From positions 1,240,001-1,304,000 of the forward strand of contig CAKKNE010000004.1 of NCBI GenBank assembly GCA_918797485.1: a DNA stretch of 64,000 nt. Direction: 5' to 3'. This document shows positions 57,334 through 64,000 of this stretch, piece after piece (positions within the stretch are counted from its first letter, which is position 1; each line of letters opens with the position of its first letter). The notes under the pieces are model-generated. The model ran no database searches. It was not told the DNA's origin and worked only from the letters and a program-made list of their open reading frames with translations. Source of the DNA: Pelagomonas calceolata (Eukaryota). The position numbers and the translations under genes were made by a program.

Positions 57334-58049
57334 GTATACCCTGTTAGTACGGTCATAGCTAGGACGAACACTGCACAGAAGGCGCAGGGCGTCGCTCGTA
57401 AAAACGCCCCGATCAGCGACGGCCGCGAATTCAAAGCCAGACTCTCCAGCTTTGTTTGAGCGTCCTTCAATCTCTTTTGAGCGGAATCGAGCGTGTACCT
57501 CCTTCGTACGGGCCGCGCCACCGGTAGTAATGGTGTATCCCTCCGGTCGAGCTCGAAGAAGGCCCGGACCAGCCTCAGACCGAACAAGGAGCCGCCCGTA
57601 GCATTGGTAGCCGTCGTTAATGCTTCGGCGAGGCCTCGCAGTAACTCCAGGCGCTCCGCCGCGAAATCAGATTGCGCATCAGACTCGTACAAGTTGCCCG
57701 CGACACCATTTCCAGATAAGAAGGCGGAATGTCTAGGAAAAGGCGGCAAATCAGCCCCACAAGCCTCGGCCTGGTCCGTTAACGATTCCCAGAACTTTTT
57801 CACTTCCGAAAAACGTTTCGTGACGTTGTCGCGGTGGTCGCCGTTTTCTTCCACTGAAAAAACATACACTAATTGCTTTTCTTTTTTGAGGACTCTGGCG
57901 GGGTCGAGCTTCGAGTGCGCCTTTGTCATTTCGACGCGGATCGCGTCGACGACGATATGTCCGGGGGGTGGTGGCGTCATGCCCGGAGAATCTGGTGGCG
58001 GCGGCCAGCTCGCGATCAGCCTTTCCATCTGGCGCGTGGCGTTCTCCAT
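57330..58049 (-). CDS. PX-domain protein with C-terminal TM segment
   Basis: LVYVFSV...VTKRFSEVKKFWESL...LPPFP...ERLELL...VRAFF. Confidence 0.7.
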   Translation of the reverse strand: MENATRQMERLIASWPPPPDSPGMTPPPPGHIVVDAIRVEMTKAHSKLDPARVLKKEKQLVYVFSVEENGDHRDNVTKRFSEVKKFWESLTDQAEACGADLPPFPRHSAFLSGNGVAGNLYESDAQSDFAAERLELLRGLAEALTTATNATGGSLFGLRLVRAFFELDRRDTPLLPVARPVRRRYTLDSAQKRLKDAQTKLESLALNSRPSLIGAFLRATPCAFCAVFVLAMTVLTGYT

Positions 58050-58278
58050 CTGTGGTGAGCGCTGCGGCGTCCGCGTTTTGCGGTGGCTTCCGCTGCCGGC
58101 GCGGCGGGCAAAGGAGCTTGTGGTGCTGGGAGAGCGCTCTGCAGTTACGGGCCACCGCGACGACCGCTGCCGGGAGAGCTGTACGCGCGGGCCACTGGTC
58201 GTCTGGCAAGCTATCCAACGCGCGAACAGGATGCAAAACCGATGCAAATACGAGTAGTCAGCTGCTTGTTTTTGCCTG

Positions 58279-58300
58279 CTAGTGTCTTACAGGACGCTAG
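58279..58300 (-). promoter_or_regulatory. 22-bp CTAG-bounded upstream motif
   Basis: Reverse complement CTAGCGTCCTGTAAGACACTAG in a divergent intergenic region. Confidence 0.7.
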
Positions 58301-58386
58301 CCTCGCAGGATCGACTCAAGCGCCGCAGTCATTGCACACATGCGTTGTCGCATCGCAGACCGCGTTTTGGAGTCATGATTTGATCC

Positions 58387-59328
58387 ATGCGTGGGCTCCT
58401 GGCCTTCTTCTTGCAGCTGTGCACCGCCTTGCGCACTCCGCACCCTTGCCTCAGCAATGGCATCGGTCGCCGCGCCGCCTTAACGCTGCCTCTCGCGCCA
58501 ACCGCCGCCGTGGCCGCGACGGACGCGACGACCGTGAGCTACGGCCCGCGAGAGGCGGACCTCTACTTGCAACCCGGACGACGGCCCGTCGTGGCGTTGC
58601 TGCACGACAGCCTGACCGCGTCGCGAGGCTCGCTCGACGCGGTCGCGCGGGACGTCATTGCACGCACGGCGTACCACTGCGTCAACTTCGACTACCGAGG
58701 CTCGGGCGACGTTGAAACAGCCATGGAATGGCTTGCCAGCCCCGAGGCCGCCGCGCTGGGTCTCACAAACGACGTCGTGCTGATCGGACACGGCGTCGGT
58801 GGTCAACTGGCTTTCCGACACGCGCTCCGAGGGTCTCCAAAGCTCCGAGGGACGTCCACGACCTCCGCGCGCCTCCGCGGCGTCGTCGCATGTGGGGCAC
58901 CGCTGGACCTGCGCGAGGCGCGCGCGCTCGGGATTGATGTGAGCGGCGACTCGCCGATCGCGCTCCTGCCGCCGGCGATGACGTCGTCGCTGCGCACCGC
59001 GGCCTGGACGGCCTGGGAGGAATTACTGGTTGTGGAGACGTCGTTCTCGCTGGTCCACGGCCTCGACGACGCGGTGGTCCCGCCGGCGCTGTCGACGCGC
59101 TTCGTCGTCGCCGCGGCGACGGGCGGCATTCCTACCGAGTACCACGAGATAAAGGGCGAGGGCCACAGCTCAATGCTCGACCCGGCGTCGTACTCCTGGC
59201 GGGTGGCGCGCGCCGCGGCCGTCGCAGCCATGAAAACGCAGCCTCGGCCCCCGGAGACGCTGCGCATGGCGCCGACGCGCCGCGCCGATACGGACCGGGA
59301 GATTTTGATCCGCACGTTAAGAATGTAG
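58387..59328 (+). CDS. Alpha/beta-hydrolase-fold protein, nucleophile Ser absent; putative thylakoid-lumen targeting
   Basis: VVALLH, NFDYR, LIGHGVGG, LVHGLDDAVVP and GEGH. Signal peptide followed by RRAAL..AVA. Confidence 0.8.
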   Translation: MRGLLAFFLQLCTALRTPHPCLSNGIGRRAALTLPLAPTAAVAATDATTVSYGPREADLYLQPGRRPVVALLHDSLTASRGSLDAVARDVIARTAYHCVNFDYRGSGDVETAMEWLASPEAAALGLTNDVVLIGHGVGGQLAFRHALRGSPKLRGTSTTSARLRGVVACGAPLDLREARALGIDVSGDSPIALLPPAMTSSLRTAAWTAWEELLVVETSFSLVHGLDDAVVPPALSTRFVVAAATGGIPTEYHEIKGEGHSSMLDPASYSWRVARAAAVAAMKTQPRPPETLRMAPTRRADTDREILIRTLRM

Positions 59329-59389
59329 TGTCTGTGACTCCCGAGTCGATCCTAGTTACGAGTGGGGGGGGGCTAGGGGTAGGATCATT

Positions 59390-62300
59390 CTAGGCGACGA
59401 GCTCGACCTCCTTGTTCGAGACCACCGAAGGCGCAGATTCAACTTTTTTCTCGCCCTCGTCGAGCATCTTGCCGATGGGGTCCTCCCACGTTAATATTCC
59501 GGTGTAGACCAGCGCCGCCGTCAAGACCACGAACAAACCGAGCGGCGGGAAGCCCCAGTAGTAGAACTCCCAGTGCTTGTCGTACGTCTTCAGTAAAGGA
59601 GCAATCGTGAGACTGACCATGCTCATCAACTTGATGAGGATGTTCAGGGCCGGCCCCGACGTGTCCTTGAAGGGGTCGCCGACCGTGTCGCCCACCACAC
59701 ACGCGTCGTACCACGTCTTCTTCATCGGATGAGCTAAGCTTCCGTCGGCGTTCTTGACCTTGGACAGGCCCTGTGTGGAAATCAAAATGTTACGGCGCGA
59801 CCGAGCCACACCGGTTGATTTATGCACAGGTCGTCGCCTTCGTGCCGTCCTTCTCGCAGTACTTCTTCGCGTTGTCCCAGGCGCCGCCGGCGTTGCTCAT
59901 CATTATCGCGACCATGGCACCACTTCCAATGCCACCTGCCAACATACCCACCAAGCAGCGGGGACCGACCAAGAAGCCCACGAACAAGGGCGCGAGGATC
60001 GCGTAGGCGCCGGGCGCGATCATCTCCCGCACCGACGACTTGGTACTGATAGCCACACATTTGTTGCTGTCGGGAATGACGTCCATGTGGGGAGGAATCG
60101 GCTCGCCGTTCGACGCCATAATAATACAATCCTTGAGGGTGGTCTTGCCGTCCTGGGCGACGAGGTCGGGGCGGTTGTGGAATTGGTCGCGGACCTCCAT
60201 GATGATCTCGGCGGCGGCCTTGCCGACGGAGATCATCGTGAGGGCCGCGAACATGTAGGGCAGCATGGCGCCTGCGAGGTTCAAAACGTGATGCCACGCC
60301 ATCTTCATGAATCGTCTCCGGGAGAGGAGGCGACGGGTGGTCTCTCGTCGAAATTTGGGCCGAATTCGGACGCCGGCGCGGGCCGAAGAGCATGCCGCTC
60401 AACACATACGGATCGGTCACGGCGAGTAATGAAACATCTAATTGAGCTTGTTCCTTGAAGGCCGCCAACAAACTGAGGGAAGTGAGCACGGCCGACCCGA
60501 TCGCAAAGCCTTTCCCGGTCGCGGCCGTCGTGTTCCCCAGAGCGTCCAACGAATCCGTGATGCACCGCACCTCGTCGGGGATCGCGGGGTCCATCTCCGC
60601 CAGCCCGCCCGCGTTGTCCGCGACGGGACCATAAGCATCGGTAGCTAAAGTGATTCCTAGAGTAGCTAACATCCCGACGGCCGCGATCGCGACGCCGTAC
60701 TCGCCCTTGATCGCCGCGCATCCTAAGATGGCGCAGACTAACACGACGATCGTCGGCACGCAGGAGATCATGCCCACGCCGAGGCCCTGGATCGTCACGG
60801 TCGCGGGGCCCGTCGCGCCCCGAGCCTTAATGGACTTGACCGGAGCAAAATCAAAACTCGTGAAGTACTCCGTGATCTTCCCGATGACCATGCCGCAGGC
60901 CAGACCGATCAAGACGCAGATGTAGGCCCCCCACATGCCCCCCAATAAGTGGCAGCACGCCGCCGCGAGGCCCAGGAAGAGCACACCAGCTAACATGGTG
61001 CCCTTCTCGAGGGCCCACATCAAGGCACCCAAGTTCGAGTTCCAGCCCTCGCCCTTCTCGTTCGTGCTGACGGCCATGGTCCCAATCTGTGTGGAAATCA
61101 AAGTTCAACTTGTGCTTCGTTTGCGTGAGGTGCTGCTCGCTCCAGTCGGTCGAGTGTATCTCTCGGAGATCGTGTCCGAGTCTCGAGACTCACTGGTTGA
61201 TTTCCACACAGGTCCCGACCATCGCCGCGACGACGCCGCACGCGCTCAACCAAAAAGGTAAGGCGATCTCGTTGTCCCGCTTGGCCAGCGTCGCCGCGGC
61301 GATGATGCTCCCAACATACGATTCGAAGAGGTCCGCGCCCATGCCCGCGACGTCGCCGACGTTGTCGCCGACGTTGTCGGCGATCACGGCCGGGTTGTGC
61401 GGGTCGTCCTCGTCGATGCCCGCCTCGACCTTGCCTACTAGATCCGCGCCGACGTCCGCGGCCTTCGTGTAGATGCCGCCGGCCACGCGCGCGAACAAAG
61501 CGATGCTTGAAGCACCAAACCCGAAGCCCGCCAGAATTTGGAGCGACTCCGTCTTGCCCAATCCATTATGGATGGCGAGGACGCAGAAGCAGCCCGCGCA
61601 GCCCACTAACCCAAGGCCTGCGCGGAGCATCGTGGTCTCTCGATTCGGTCTCAAAATCAAAAAAGAAACCACCCACGACCTCGTCTGATGGACGCGAGTC
61701 GTATCAGTGAAGTGAAGGCGCCTCCACACGACGGGACGCCGAGATCGCACCGACGACCACAAATCCCATGACGCTCCCGGCCTTGAACGCGACGCGCAAC
61801 CCGTCATTCAGCGACCCCGTGCCGCCCGTGACCTTGCCCTGGGCGTCCTTCACTTCTTTCCCGGCGCAGGCCGCCGTCGTGCGCGTGTTGCCTGCGCGGC
61901 GCATCGCGGTGTCCGAACGGCCTCAAACTCGAAGAAGAAACCACCCACGTCCATCGTTCCTGGAGACGAGTCGTATTGAAGTGAAGGCACCGACGTGGGA
62001 CGCCGCGAGCGCGCCGTCCGTGGCCACCATCATGCCGAGCCAGCCGGCCGACGCGCTGAGGATCGCGCCGAGGAAGAAGGCGAAGGTCGTCAGCACGCCG
62101 TCGAGCTTCGTGTGCTGGTCCTCCACCGAAAAAAGGGCGCAGAGGATGCCTCCCAACAAGACCACGAAGACGCTCAGCCACTTGTACTCCTCCTTCAGAA
62201 ACGCCATCGCGCCTTCCTTGATCATCGCGCCGTACTTGTCCACCAAAGGACGGCCGACGTCCTTGCCCGTGGGCTCGCCCTTGAGCGAGAAGAACGTGTA

Positions 62301-62726
62301 CGTCGTGAAGGCTAGTGCTAAAACGCCGCTGCGAGGGGCGTGGCGTCATGTCGCTGCCGCGCGATGCGATCGAGTCTCTCTCTCCCTAGCGCGCCGCGGG
62401 CCCGCACTCCGCATCGAGGAGTCCTCGCTGCGTGCTGTGCGTGGCGCGCCGCCGCGGTCCCGCGCCAGGGCGACGGGGGTGGCACGCGCGTATCGCGCCG
62501 CCGCCGCGGCCGCAAGCCAGCTCTTCCTGGAAGAGCGCCGGCCGCGGCGACGCGCGCCGGCGGTCCTCTGAACTCCCATCGCCGCGGTGCGCGGCTCGGC
62601 GCGCCGGCGCGCCGTCGGCGATGCGTCAACTAGGCGAGCTGCTCAAGAGACACCGGCATTGCACCCGACGAGCGCCGGCAGCGCGATCTCGAGGACCGTC
62701 TTGTCGTTCCGGGCGAAGGGGGCCAT
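59390..62726 (-). CDS. Membrane H+-translocating pyrophosphatase (V-PPase, K+-dependent type); 6 introns
   Basis: [66 protein letters not shown] and [10 protein letters not shown]. Introns 62329-62664, 61892-62014, 61618-61750, 61087-61219, 60272-60383 and 59771-59837. Confidence 0.95.
59771..59829. mobile_element. Minimal TIR introner (59 bp), TSD no longer recognisable
   Basis: CTGTGTGGAAATCAA ... TTGATTTATGCACAG. The GC donor lies exactly 8 nt outside the TIR. Confidence 0.85.
61087..61211. mobile_element. TIR introner (125 bp) with a distinct internal sequence; TSD GTCCCAAT/GTCCCGAC
   Basis: Perfect 15-bp TIRs and a 6/8 TSD match. Confidence 0.9.
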
Positions 62727-63047
62727 CGTCCCGGCGGGTTGCGCAGCACCTGCGGCTGCCCTACCACTCGCACGTACCAGTCGGTGCGCGCGCAAACGTG
62801 GCCCTTTGGTTGTGCGTACCAGCCGTGCTAGTAGCCTCAACTTTGCGTCTGCGTCTCGTAGTAGGGCCTGCCGGAGGCGCACGGCCTCCCGGGGAGGCGC
62901 TCGGCGGAGGTTTACTCCGGAGCTGGGGGCCGCGCGCGTGACACGCAAACGACCCCGTGGAGGTCCCGGAGACCGGCGGACGCTGACGCGTGCCCGGTGC
63001 ATGGTGCTCTCTCGCGCCCACTCGAACGACATCACGGCAGCCGCTTC

Positions 63048-63069
63048 CTAGTGTCTTACATGCCGCTAG
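63048..63069 (-). promoter_or_regulatory. 22-bp CTAG-bounded upstream motif
   Basis: Reverse complement CTAGCGGCATGTAAGACACTAG between the divergent V-PPase and PIG-M genes. Confidence 0.7.
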
Positions 63070-63152
63070 CTCCAGCTCTCCGAGTTTTGGGGCTTTTTTG
63101 TGGCTGCCAGACGTCGTGCCGACGCGCCGAGGTCGTTGAGCGACGCCTCAGC

Positions 63153-64000
63153 ATGCCCTCGCCCGCCCGCCGCGGCGGCTCCCAACAGCATGCACCAGCA
63201 ATCACGGCAGCAGCCCTCGCCCTGCGCTTTGCATTGGTAGCCGTCGCGTCGATAATCGACGCCTACAAGCCCTTGGGGCTGCGCTACACGGACGTGGATT
63301 ATGACGTTTTGAAGGACGGCGCGCGCGCCATGGTGCAAGGCGGCAGTCCGTTCCAGCGAGCGACGTATCGGTATTCGCCACTTGTATCATACCCTTTACT
63401 GTTAGATGTAAAGACGGGGCTACCGCTGGCCAAGCTGCTGTTCTGTCTGATGGACGTGCTGCTAGGCGACGCCATGGGTCAACTCGCTTCCCATCGAGGC
63501 GCGTCGTCGCACGTGCGGTTGCTCTGGTTGTTCAACCCGATCTCTATCGTTCTGTGCACGCGCGGGTCCTGGGACGCCGTGAGCGTTTATCTTGTGCTGA
63601 AAGCGCTACTGAGCAAGCGGGCTCCCGTGCAAGCGGGTTTATTGCTGGGTCTGGCGACTCATTTACGGCTCTATCCAGTCATCTATGCTGCGCCCTTCTT
63701 GTACAACCTCTGCTTCGAAGCACGACGACGAATTACGTGGGGCAGGGCTCTGGCGTTTGGTCTGGCGTTCGCTTCTGGTCTCCTCGGACCGACGCTCTAC
63801 GCCTATCATACATATGGCAATGTATATGTGGAGGAGGCCCTGCTTTTTCATTTAAGGCGAGCGGACCACCGCCACTCGTTTAGTGTCTTCTGGCTGCCCA
63901 TTTATCTTAGTAGGGCGCTGCAAGATTCAAGGTTAAACCTCCTACTCAAACTAGCGCCCTTCGCGGCTCATGTGGTACTGCAGGCCGCGTCACTCGTAGC
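63153..64000 (+). CDS. PIGM: GPI mannosyltransferase I (3'-partial; not in the ORF track)
   Basis: Manual translation from ATG 63153 gives RYTDVDY, GSPFQRATYRYSPL, WLFNP..CTRGS, HLRLYPVIY and HLRRADHRHSFS. Confidence 0.92.
   Translation, partial: MPSPARRGGSQQHAPAITAAALALRFALVAVASIIDAYKPLGLRYTDVDYDVLKDGARAMVQGGSPFQRATYRYSPLVSYPLLLDVKTGLPLAKLLFCLMDVLLGDAMGQLASHRGASSHVRLLWLFNPISIVLCTRGSWDAVSVYLVLKALLSKRAPVQAGLLLGLATHLRLYPVIYAAPFLYNLCFEARRRITWGRALAFGLAFASGLLGPTLYAYHTYGNVYVEEALLFHLRRADHRHSFSVFWLPIYLSRALQDSRLNLLLKLAPFAAHVVLQAASLV

Noticed and set aside
59360..59385. G-run with TAGGGGTAGG as telomere-like or G-quadruplex sequence
   Set aside because: It has fewer than two repeat units and lies in a short convergent 3' gap; insufficient evidence.
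44909..62726. Soluble PPase and membrane V-PPase in the same window as a pyrophosphate cluster
   Set aside because: They are about 13 kb apart with several unrelated genes between them; most likely coincidence.
1..64000. tRNA, rRNA, spliceosomal snRNA genes or an autonomous transposase
   Set aside because: No recognisable signatures were seen by eye; a covariance-model scan would be needed to exclude them fully.

Overview
This is gene-dense, GC-rich eukaryotic DNA, most likely a pelagophyte alga (Pelagomonas/Aureococcus-like). That assignment is inferred from intron style, bipartite plastid presequences and gene content. About 30 protein-coding genes can be rebuilt once ~38 short introns are spliced out; most of the supplied short ORFs are shadow frames or translations of intron repeats. 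Main observations: (1) Nearly all introns are repetitive introner elements. One group has 8-bp target-site duplications (TSDs) and CTGTGTGGAAATCAA terminal inverted repeats (TIRs), is spliced in either orientation, and is linked to the TIR-less groups by a 594-bp composite copy. (2) A 22-bp CTAG-bounded motif occurs 11 times, only upstream of genes and mostly in divergent promoters. (3) Three adjacent genes with plastid-type presequences encode acetoacetyl-CoA synthetase, a KamA-family radical-SAM 2,3-aminomutase and a class-III aminotransferase fused to a CMD/AhpD-like domain; together they suggest an undescribed beta-amino-acid pathway. (4) A ~2117-aa protein fuses PIN-like, DEAH helicase, RRM, cold-shock and SAM-like domains. 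(5) A ~270-nt hairpin-dense intergenic segment is a candidate ncRNA. All family assignments come from reading motifs by eye; no searches were run.
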